NCBI GenBank assembly: GCA_964347685.1
Contig: CAYGAH010000235.1
Coordinates: forward strand, 1 to 51,508
Length of the DNA: 51,508 nt
Direction: 5' to 3'
From: an uncultured Candidatus Bathyarchaeia archaeon
GTDB taxonomy: Archaea; Thermoproteota; Bathyarchaeia; TCS64
The position numbers were made by a program, and so were the translations under genes. The stretch's first letter is position 1. Every line of letters begins with the position of its first letter. Shown one piece after another: positions 44,531 to 51,508 of the stretch. The notes below the pieces were generated by a model. It was not told the DNA's origin, made no database searches, and worked only from the letters and a program-made list of their open reading frames with translations.

Positions 44531-45802
44531 TCAGCCCTTCAGCCGCCTGACGATCTCCTGGGCCCTATCGAAGCGGATCTCCCCTGACTCGACGAGGAGC
44601 CTGACGGCCTCTTCTATCACGTCGCCCTCTGCGCCCGCCATGACTACTAGGTTCCTAGCGTGGAGCCTCATGTGGCCATGCTGGATTCCCTCCTGCGTCA
44701 GGGCCCTGAGGGCCCCAAGGTTCTGGGCTAGGCCGACAGCGGCCATGACCTCGGCAAGCTCGGTCGCCTTCGAGACCCCTAATATCTTGAGGGCGAGCCT
44801 GGCCATGGGATGGCTCCTGGTCGCGCCCCCTACGAGACCCACTGCCATGGGCATCTCTAGGAAGCCAACGAGGTCCCCTTTCCCATTTTTGGACCACCTG
44901 CTCAGGGACCTGTATCTTCCCGTCCTCGCCGCGTATGCGTGGGCCCCGGCCTCAAGCGCCCTGTGGTCCTGGGCGAAGGCGAGGGCAACGGCCACGACGC
45001 CGTTCATGATTCCCTTGTTGTGGGTCGCAGCCCTGTAGGGGTCGGCGTCCGCGAAGGCCCAGGCAGCGACGACGTCGTCAACCTTTTCCTCCCCGCCCAT
45101 GTCTTCCTTCTTGACGACGCATTCGGCCCTTGCTAGCCTGTAGTCGGCCAGGTTGGAGATGATGCGGAGGAGTGTGCGACCTCCCGTGAGGTCTGCTACG
45201 ATGGGAGAAAGGGCTTCACACATGGTGTTGACGGCGTTTGCGCCCATGGCATCCCTGCAGTCTACCAGAAGATGGCAGATGAGCATGGGGCCGGCATCGG
45301 TGTCGATCTGCCTCAGTTCGAGGCCTTTGGCGCCTCCTCCGAACTTGACAAGGATGGGGTCCTGTTCGTTCGCTATTTTGAGGAGCTTCGACTCAGCCTC
45401 TTGGAGCGATCTAACGGCCTCACTCATATCGGGGACGTCGAGGACCTGTATCTGCCCTATCATCACGGGGTCTGTGCTGCTGGTCCTGATTCCCTCGCCC
45501 TCCCTCATCAGCCTGGCCATGTTGCTGGCGGCCGCCACCACCGAGGGCTCCTCCCCCGCCATAGGCACGAAGTAGTCCTCTCCGTTGATCCTGAAGTTGA
45601 CGGCTACGCTGAAAGGGTAGGCGATGGAGCCCAGGACGTTCTCTATCATCCTGTCCGCCGCTTCGAGGCTCATGCCTCCCCCCGACCTCAGGAGCCCCAC
45701 CTCCTCCGGGGATAGATCGGTCTTCTCCGCTATCACCTTCACCCGATCCTCTATGGGCATCCTGTAGAACCCCGATATGCGGCTTGAGCGTTTACCTGTC
45801 AA
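44531..45802 (-). CDS. hmgA: Hydroxymethylglutaryl-CoA reductase, class II
   Basis: SRISGFYRMPIEDR at the N-terminus, ENVLGSIAYPFSVAVNFRINGEDYFVPMAGEEPSVVAAAS, and GDAMGANAVNTMCE-type motifs are all colinear with class II enzymes. Confidence 0.9.
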   Translation of the reverse strand: MTGKRSSRISGFYRMPIEDRVKVIAEKTDLSPEEVGLLRSGGGMSLEAADRMIENVLGSIAYPFSVAVNFRINGEDYFVPMAGEEPSVVAAASNMARLMREGEGIRTSSTDPVMIGQIQVLDVPDMSEAVRSLQEAESKLLKIANEQDPILVKFGGGAKGLELRQIDTDAGPMLICHLLVDCRDAMGANAVNTMCEALSPIVADLTGGRTLLRIISNLADYRLARAECVVKKEDMGGEEKVDDVVAAWAFADADPYRAATHNKGIMNGVVAVALAFAQDHRALEAGAHAYAARTGRYRSLSRWSKNGKGDLVGFLEMPMAVGLVGGATRSHPMARLALKILGVSKATELAEVMAAVGLAQNLGALRALTQEGIQHGHMRLHARNLVVMAGAEGDVIEEAVRLLVESGEIRFDRAQEIVRRLKG

Positions 45803-46003
45803 AATATTACCTCAGATTGTGTTAGACGAGTCAGCGACTTTATATAACAATTTCGAGGCGCATCGCTTCCTTGTTGTTAAATTTAGTTGATGAACGTTCG
45901 TGGGGGTGATTAGCCCTTCTTAAGATTCGTAGAAATGGATCGTATAGATGCTAAAAGCTAAATTTGTATAGGGCTTCCGATACTTGCGTTAGGGGCTGGC
46001 TCG

Positions 46004-46477
46004 ATGGCTCAAAGGCTCAAGGTGGTCTCCGTTGGCGGCACCTTCGACGTGATGCACAAGGGCCACTGGTTCCTCCTGGAGGAGGCATTCCAGGTCGGAG
46101 ACAGGGTCATCATAGGGATCACAACGGACGAGTTCGCCGGCAGGCTGAAGAAGGAGCACAAGGTGGACTGCTACGAGAAGCGCTTCGGAGACGTAGTGAG
46201 CTTCCTAAAGGAGAGGGGGCTCCTAGAGAGGGCGGATATTGTGCCCTTGGAAGACCCCTACGGGCCGACCATAAACGGCAGCGACATAGAGGCCATCGTG
46301 GTCAGCGAGGAGACAGAGCCAACGGCCGAGGAGATAAACAGGATCAGGGTGGGGAAGGGGAAGAGGCCCCTCCTCATGTTCGTCATCAACATGGTGCTCG
46401 CCGAGGACGGAAAACCCATCTCAAGCACCCGAATCCGCAGGCAAGAAGTAGATAGGTACGGCAGGCTCATAGGCTGA
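46004..46477 (+). CDS. coaD: Archaeal-type phosphopantetheine adenylyltransferase (cytidylyltransferase fold)
   Basis: GGTFDVMHKGH (HxGH) and ISSTRIR motifs; 157 aa. Confidence 0.8.
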   Translation: MAQRLKVVSVGGTFDVMHKGHWFLLEEAFQVGDRVIIGITTDEFAGRLKKEHKVDCYEKRFGDVVSFLKERGLLERADIVPLEDPYGPTINGSDIEAIVVSEETEPTAEEINRIRVGKGKRPLLMFVINMVLAEDGKPISSTRIRRQEVDRYGRLIG

Positions 46478-46492
46478 TCCGGGGGTGTACTC

Positions 46493-47662
46493 ATGGATGA
46501 AGTAGAGGCTTGTTTGAGGGAGCTAGGGGAGAAAAAACAAGAGATCGTCGAGTTCCTCAGAAGGCTCGTCAAGACCCCCAGCCCATCGGGGCATGAAGAA
46601 GCCGTAGCAGAGATTATCTACCAGGAGATGAAGAAACTCGGCTACCTGGTCGAGAGGGACGAGATGGGCAACGTCGTAGGGAGGCGAGGGGAGAAGGGTG
46701 GCAGGTCCATCCTCTTCGACGCCCACATGGACAACGTCGGTCCCGGCGACCCGGAAAACTGGGCTCGCCCACCCTTCTCGGCTGAGATCGTTGACGGCAT
46801 CATGTATGGCAGGGGGACGGTAGACATGAAGGGGGCGCTGGCCGCCATGATCCACGGCTGCGCCGCCCCCGAGCTGAAAGGAGAACTTGTGCTAACATGT
46901 GTCGTCCATGAGGAGACTAACGAGGGAGTCTCGACGAGGAAGATCATAGATGAGGAGGGGCTCAGACCCACCGCGTGCGTCCTGGGAGAGCCTACGGACA
47001 TGGCCCTCAGCATAGGACAGCGAGGGAGGGCCGTCTTCAGAGTCACGACGAGGGGCGCCACGAGCCACGCCAGCATGCCAGAGTTGGGCGAGAACGCCCT
47101 ATACAAGATGACTCCAATAGTCGATGCGATCAGGGGTGCAAACGAAGAGTTGCTCTCACATCCGTTCCTCGGCAAAGGGACCATGACGGTCACAGAGATA
47201 AGGTGTACGCCTGGAGGCGGACCCATCGTTCCTGATCTTTGCGATATAATCGTGGACAGGAGGACGATACCGGGTGAGACCCTCGAAGGCATAACGGAGG
47301 AGATTAAGAGGATCGCCCAAGGCGCCGAGGTCGAGCTGGTCGCGGACGAGTTCACCACCTACACAGGCTACAAGGCGAATGCGAACCAGTTCTTCGCTAG
47401 CTGGATGACGGAGAGGGATCATTGGCTCGTGAAGGAGAGCCTAGGAGCCTTGAAGGTGGCGCTCCGCGATGAGCCTAATGTGATAGGCTGGAGGTTCAGC
47501 ACCAACGGGGTAGCCACAGCCGGCGACCTTGGCATCCCCACCGTAGGTTTCGGCCCCGGAGATCCGGCCCTCGCCCACCAGCCCAACGAGCACATAACTT
47601 TGGCGGACGTCATGAATGCGGCGAAGGGTTTCAGCGCCCTGGCCCTCAGGTTGACGGCATGA
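46493..47662 (+). CDS. M20-family metallopeptidase / deacylase (ArgE/DapE/YgeY-like)
   Basis: SPSGHEE, FDAHMDNV, RGTVDMKG and HEETNEG metal-ligand pattern; 389 aa. Confidence 0.8.
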   Translation: MDEVEACLRELGEKKQEIVEFLRRLVKTPSPSGHEEAVAEIIYQEMKKLGYLVERDEMGNVVGRRGEKGGRSILFDAHMDNVGPGDPENWARPPFSAEIVDGIMYGRGTVDMKGALAAMIHGCAAPELKGELVLTCVVHEETNEGVSTRKIIDEEGLRPTACVLGEPTDMALSIGQRGRAVFRVTTRGATSHASMPELGENALYKMTPIVDAIRGANEELLSHPFLGKGTMTVTEIRCTPGGGPIVPDLCDIIVDRRTIPGETLEGITEEIKRIAQGAEVELVADEFTTYTGYKANANQFFASWMTERDHWLVKESLGALKVALRDEPNVIGWRFSTNGVATAGDLGIPTVGFGPGDPALAHQPNEHITLADVMNAAKGFSALALRLTA

Positions 47663-47727
47663 TGAATGACCAGGACGCATAGGAACCCCTGCTAAAACTG
47701 ATATTCTCATCCAGCACTACGATATCG

Positions 47728-48369
47728 GTGGATACCATGACCCCTTCAAAGGTCATACTGCTCACAGGCTTCGAGCCCTTCGGAGGGAGCGAGGTGAACC
47801 CCTCCATACTTGCCTGCAGGAAGCTCGAGGGCACTGCCTTCAACGGGTACACGGTTCACGTCGGGGAGATAAGGCTCAGGTTCGACGAGATCAGGCCTAG
47901 GATCGAGGAGCTTGTGGAAGCCCACGATCCAGCAGCCGTGATCTCGACAGGCCAGTCCTCACGATCCTGCGTCTCCCTTGAGAGGGTTGCCATAAACGTT
48001 GCTGACGCCACCCGCATAGCATACAACTGCGGCAAGAAGCCCAGGGACGAGCCCCTCGTTGATGGGGGGCCAGCAGCCTACTTCAGCAGGTTACCACTGA
48101 GGGAACTGCTCGAGGAGCTGAACAAGGCTAAGATACCTGCGGAGATATCCAACACTGCTGGGACCTTCGGATGCAACCAGATCTTCTACCACCTCATGGG
48201 ATTCATCGAGAGGAAGGGGCTGGACATCCTGGCGGGTTTCATCCACGTCCCTTCGTTGCCGGAGCAAACTGTCGAAAGTAAGCTGCCATCCATGTCGCTA
48301 GATCTCACAGCGAAGGCCCTGGAGATCGTCGTGGAGACCCTGTCCCTCAGACTACGATTCGAGGATTAG
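47728..48369 (+). CDS. pcp: Pyroglutamyl-peptidase I (pyrrolidone-carboxylate peptidase)
   Basis: LLTGFEPFGG..VNPS, catalytic Cys in AGTFGCNQIFY, and His in FIHVP. Confidence 0.9.
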   Translation: MDTMTPSKVILLTGFEPFGGSEVNPSILACRKLEGTAFNGYTVHVGEIRLRFDEIRPRIEELVEAHDPAAVISTGQSSRSCVSLERVAINVADATRIAYNCGKKPRDEPLVDGGPAAYFSRLPLRELLEELNKAKIPAEISNTAGTFGCNQIFYHLMGFIERKGLDILAGFIHVPSLPEQTVESKLPSMSLDLTAKALEIVVETLSLRLRFED

Positions 48370-48372
48370 TAT

Positions 48373-49005
48373 ATGGGATCAGTGTATCCCACGGCCCAGC
48401 ACGAGTTCGCCGCAGAGGCTATATCGAGGTTCTTCTCCAAAATTCGGATCGTTAACGCCGTCATCCTCTCGGGTTCATGTGCACGCGGGGACGCCGTACC
48501 CGACAGCTGCTTAGATGTAATCATCCTCGTGTCGGAGGGGGTGTTGTCGAAAGAATATGCAAACATGGATCGCCTATGGATAGAATTCTACGACTCAGAG
48601 GTCTTCAAGGCACTGCTTCAGGTTGGAAGATATTCGCACGTTGATCTCGAGTTCATCGACGGCTGTTTCGCTCCCAAGCCCCGGGACTGGACTTCGGGGC
48701 CTGACGGCTTCGAGCTTGAGATAGGGAACACCCTCGTCTACAGCGTGCCCCTATGGGAAAGGGGCGACCGCCTGAAACTCCTAAGGGAGATGTGGCTGCC
48801 ATATTACGGGGATGAACTGAGGAGGGAGAGGCTCGCCTCCGTACGCATGTACTGCCTGAACAACCTAGACCACGTCCCCCTATACGTGGACAGGGGCCTC
48901 CACTTCCAAGCATTCAAAAGGCTCTACGACGCTTTTAGGGAGTTCTTGCAAGAGTTATTCATCTCCCGGAGGAAACCGTACTCTGGAGTTGCATATACTC
49001 TTTAG
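48373..49005 (+). CDS. Nucleotidyltransferase-domain protein (pol-beta/MNT-like), possibly 3'-truncated or altered by the adjacent insertion
   Basis: LSGSCARGDAVPDSCLDVIILV fits the GS-x(9-13)-D-x-D NTase motif. The last codons lie where composition switches to the AT-richer element. Confidence 0.65.
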   Translation: MGSVYPTAQHEFAAEAISRFFSKIRIVNAVILSGSCARGDAVPDSCLDVIILVSEGVLSKEYANMDRLWIEFYDSEVFKALLQVGRYSHVDLEFIDGCFAPKPRDWTSGPDGFELEIGNTLVYSVPLWERGDRLKLLREMWLPYYGDELRRERLASVRMYCLNNLDHVPLYVDRGLHFQAFKRLYDAFREFLQELFISRRKPYSGVAYTL

Positions 49006-50295
49006 TCATGCATTCCTGAGCTCCTTGAGGATTGCATGTTTCAACGCTTCGTTCAGCACTTCGATCTTTCTAGCTTCAGGATTAACGACAGTTCTATGAG
49101 GCATCGCTAAAGCATCCTTTGTAAGCACTTTGTCGGGATTCAGACCGAGAGACTCAGCGAACATCTTCAACCGCTCGATCTTGGATAGCTCGGTCTTCGG
49201 TCTAATGCTTAACCCACTTGAAGAGTAGAGTTTGCGCAGATACTCAACATCGACACTGTTGTAAGTGCTAATCGCATGTCCCATCATGTAGTCAACGTAG
49301 TCCTTTGGAATGCCGAGTCTTGTTAACTGCGTCTCGAAGTATTTTCGCAAAGAGTGCGGTCGTATAGGATAGCGCTTTGCTTCGCCTTTCACGATTATGC
49401 CCGCTTTGAAAAGCAAATCATGGACTAGCGTTGAGATGCTAGCTCCAGATACGGGAAGCACCGTATTTCTACATTCGTTCCTTATCAGAGGCGAATCGTC
49501 AGTTAAGATCTCTGGAGGTATCCGCTCAGTACCTTTTCTCCGCATATCAAGATATGCTTTCAAGTATTGAATCGCTTCAGCGCCTAGAAATGTGTCATAT
49601 ACACCGTACTTACCCTTCGTGATGTCGGCTTCAACATGAATGTGAACAGGTACAACACCAGCTTCCAAGTCTTGCTTTACATGACGATAAGTCAGCTTTA
49701 CTAAAGTGCCGATCCTCACACCGCTAAGAGCTAGAATGCTTACTACTGTCTTTCCCTTAATGGGCACTATCTCTATGATTTTTAACAGTTCTTCTGGTTT
49801 TGGCGCTCTGTCGGTAAACTTGACATATTTTGGGATTCGATAGGGAAGCACTAGGGTCGATCCATTAGTCCTAAATAGCGCTTTGACCCCTTTCACATAG
49901 TTGTTATTCGTTCCCGAAGCCAAATCTTCAGCTTGCAGATCACCGTTGAAAGCATCAACAGCGTTAATGTAGTCGTCTATTGTCTTCTCGTTACCCTTGA
50001 CTTCTCCAATAATATCGTCAGGAGATTTCCCAAGCCACTGGCAGAAACGGTAGACGCCGAAAACGTATTGATAGAGTGTGGCCTTGCTCTTACTCTTCGT
50101 GTACTTGAGAATATAACTGGCAACATTCTGGACTGACTCGTTCTCAAAGGCGAACAGTACTAGAGAAGGCATTTTGCCCTTGAAGGCTTCTATGATAAAC
50201 TCTTTGGCAGCTTTTTCTCTCGGAGTTTTAGCTTCATCAATCAGTTTTTGGAGCTCATCTATGTCCACGACGTCGGTTCTCGTCAGTGTCTGCAT
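49006..50295 (-). CDS. Tyrosine recombinase / phage-type integrase
   Basis: The C-terminal catalytic region RPHSLRKYFETQL...MMGHAISTYNSV (HxxR...H...Y) and an N-terminal SAM-like core-binding domain. Composition is AT-richer than the host genes. Confidence 0.85.
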   Translation of the reverse strand: MQTLTRTDVVDIDELQKLIDEAKTPREKAAKEFIIEAFKGKMPSLVLFAFENESVQNVASYILKYTKSKSKATLYQYVFGVYRFCQWLGKSPDDIIGEVKGNEKTIDDYINAVDAFNGDLQAEDLASGTNNNYVKGVKALFRTNGSTLVLPYRIPKYVKFTDRAPKPEELLKIIEIVPIKGKTVVSILALSGVRIGTLVKLTYRHVKQDLEAGVVPVHIHVEADITKGKYGVYDTFLGAEAIQYLKAYLDMRRKGTERIPPEILTDDSPLIRNECRNTVLPVSGASISTLVHDLLFKAGIIVKGEAKRYPIRPHSLRKYFETQLTRLGIPKDYVDYMMGHAISTYNSVDVEYLRKLYSSSGLSIRPKTELSKIERLKMFAESLGLNPDKVLTKDALAMPHRTVVNPEARKIEVLNEALKHAILKELRNA

Positions 50296-50337
50296 GTTTC
50301 GTTACCTTTTTCCACTATCTAGATACGATTTGAGAGA

Positions 50338-50628
50338 TTATTTAACTTCCTTCATCGCTAGAATATCCGATTTAATGAGAATCAGACCCCTTTCAGAGGC
50401 TTCATAAGGGAGAGATTCAACGCTTCGATCGTACTGGAGGCAAAGATATTCATCAGTCTCTAGGACGACCCAACCAACCGCTTCCCTTACATTGACATCA
50501 AAATAGAGCCTGTGACTTGTATTTTTGAATTCTACGTGATCCTTGTATTGAATATGGACTAACCTCTTGCTGTGAATGTTTAGACAAATGCTATTTGCCA
50601 CTACACCTCCTTTATTTTGAGTGACCAT
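50338..50628 (-). CDS. Hypothetical protein of the integrated element
   Basis: 96-aa ORF directly upstream of and co-oriented with the integrase. No motif recognised. Confidence 0.4.
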   Translation of the reverse strand: MVTQNKGGVVANSICLNIHSKRLVHIQYKDHVEFKNTSHRLYFDVNVREAVGWVVLETDEYLCLQYDRSVESLPYEASERGLILIKSDILAMKEVK

Positions 50629-50660
50629 TGTTTATCTGAGTCTAATATTATGCTGAAGTT

Positions 50661-50680
50661 TTATATATACCAATATATAA
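50661..50680. promoter_or_regulatory. Inverted repeat ttatatat-acca-atatataa, candidate bidirectional TATA/operator in the divergent spacer
   Basis: Perfect 8-bp arms. A second inverted repeat, gccat-att-atggc, is at 50699..50711, just upstream of ATG 50735. Confidence 0.35.
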
Positions 50681-50734
50681 CATAATTTAATAACAATTGC
50701 CATATTATGGCATAATTAAACCGTTGGTGACATA

Positions 50735-51313
50735 ATGTCAAAGCATAAAGAGGGAAATCACATCCTACCACCTCTTCAAAGAGATATTGTTCTACATCTT
50801 GCCAAAGAAGGTTCTCAAACTAAGAATAAAATCGCTTCTGGTGTCTCAAGAAGCTATAAGCCAACGTGGACAGCTTTCAATAGCTTACAAAAAAAGAAGC
50901 TCATCAAAGAAACTGATACAAAGACTTATCGTGGTAGAAAACATCCACAATTTTGGCTCACAGACGATGGGGCTGTAATTGCTCTAGCTGAAGGGGCTGA
51001 TCCAGATCGTCTGCTTGAGCTGACTAATCAGATTTACCCTGAAAACCAAATGCTTGCATGCTATCTAGAAGTCCTTTCAAAAATGAGTCTAGACATCGTT
51101 AAAATCGCCTATTCTGCTCTTGAAGCAAAAGGCAAACTGGAACTAACAGATGTATTCAATATTCTTTTCACTGAGAGTGCAAAAATAAGCGATCAACTCC
51201 AAAAAGAAGTTATAGACACCCTCAAGGCCTACCCCAAAGAGTATGACCTATTCAAGAAAAGAATGGATAAACTATGGGAAAGCCTCGACAAACTCAAAGA
51301 ACTGACACAGTAG
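50735..51313 (+). CDS. Winged-helix DNA-binding protein of the integrated element
   Basis: The N-terminal LQRDIVLHLAKEGSQTKNKIASGVSRSYKPTWTAFNSLQKKKLIKE...GRKHPQFWLTDDG reads as HTH plus wing. The C-terminal half is helical. Confidence 0.5.
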   Translation: MSKHKEGNHILPPLQRDIVLHLAKEGSQTKNKIASGVSRSYKPTWTAFNSLQKKKLIKETDTKTYRGRKHPQFWLTDDGAVIALAEGADPDRLLELTNQIYPENQMLACYLEVLSKMSLDIVKIAYSALEAKGKLELTDVFNILFTESAKISDQLQKEVIDTLKAYPKEYDLFKKRMDKLWESLDKLKELTQ

Positions 51314-51316
51314 CAT

Positions 51317-51332
51317 ATTTAGCTAGCTAAAT
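51317..51332. repeat. Perfect 16-bp palindrome atttagctagctaaat immediately after the stop of the wHTH gene; its agctagct core recurs at 51429..51436
   Basis: The sequence is self-complementary, and the core is repeated about 108 bp downstream. Confidence 0.6.
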
Positions 51333-51508
51333 GATCCAGCAAGGCGTGAATCTCGATACAATGCTCAAGCTAGACTCTCAATTGTATTTAGTAAACAAAT
51401 ATACTTCTGGATGATGGAGGGAAATAACAGCTAGCTAGTTACGAAAAAAATGGTTTCTGCGCACCCGGGTCCAAACGTGCATGATCCTGTTTTTAGACTC
51501 GCGAGTAT

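Larger units (their letters stand above)
49006..51508. mobile_element. Left part of an integrated element (integrase, 96-aa ORF, wHTH ORF) that continues beyond the window
   Basis: There is an abrupt visible drop in GC starting at about 48990..49006. The region holds an integrase gene, small divergently transcribed genes of unknown function, and palindromic operator-like sites. Confidence 0.6.

Noticed and set aside
51441-51508. Search for a tRNA or att site at the right end of the window near the integrated element (gcgcacccgggtccaaacgtgc...).
   Set aside because: It does not fold into T-arm/acceptor geometry on either strand, and the window ends before anything can be concluded.

Overview
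GC-rich archaeal chromosomal segment with short AT-rich intergenic regions that carry TATA-like boxes. All calls rest on reading the supplied ORF translations and the DNA by eye; no searches were run, so homology calls are motif-level recognitions. Archaeal origin is supported by archaeal-type PPAT, UPF0200/UPF0201 genes, HdrABC, four-subunit 2-oxoacid:ferredoxin oxidoreductase and HypC. The class II HMG-CoA reductase hints at a Thermoplasmatota/Archaeoglobi-like lineage, but this is inference only.

Content, left to right:
- Housekeeping genes: thpR, a DMT transporter, a PHP phosphoesterase, a radical-SAM activase, UPF0200 and UPF0201.
- A roughly 2 kb mostly non-coding stretch (4.5-6.5 kb). 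It holds a tRNA-3'-end-like fragment, direct repeats, palindromes, phased T-tracts, one small wHTH gene and a frameshift-riddled gene remnant. It looks like the scar of an old integrated element.
- A redox and amino-acid block: Nox/CoADR-family flavoprotein, NfnAB, glutamate dehydrogenase, and an unusual hdrC-hdrB-hdrA'(GltD insertion)-hdrA/mvhD operon.
- Next to it, a rubrerythrin-like gene and a decayed chimeric hydrogenase-small-subunit/cupin remnant.
- gamma-glutamyltransferase, pyrophosphatase, an orphan hypC, an MFS transporter, hydantoinase/oxoprolinase AB, NUDIX, 2-oxoacid:ferredoxin oxidoreductase delta-alpha-beta-gamma, an OCD/mu-crystallin protein and an aminotransferase.
- A carotenoid cluster (crtI-crtB-UbiA elongase-like, with a divergent CruF-like gene) in which crtB has no canonical start covering its conserved N-terminus.
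- A proline-racemase-family gene with a non-canonical catalytic pair, then several poorly characterised genes.
- Class II HMGR, PPAT, an M20 peptidase and pyroglutamyl peptidase.
- At the right end, an AT-richer integrase-bearing element that abuts a nucleotidyltransferase gene and runs off the window.

No CRISPR array, rRNA or intact tRNA was found. The most interesting candidates are the mosaic NAD(P)H-module-containing Hdr complex and the crtI/crtB single-TGA junction.
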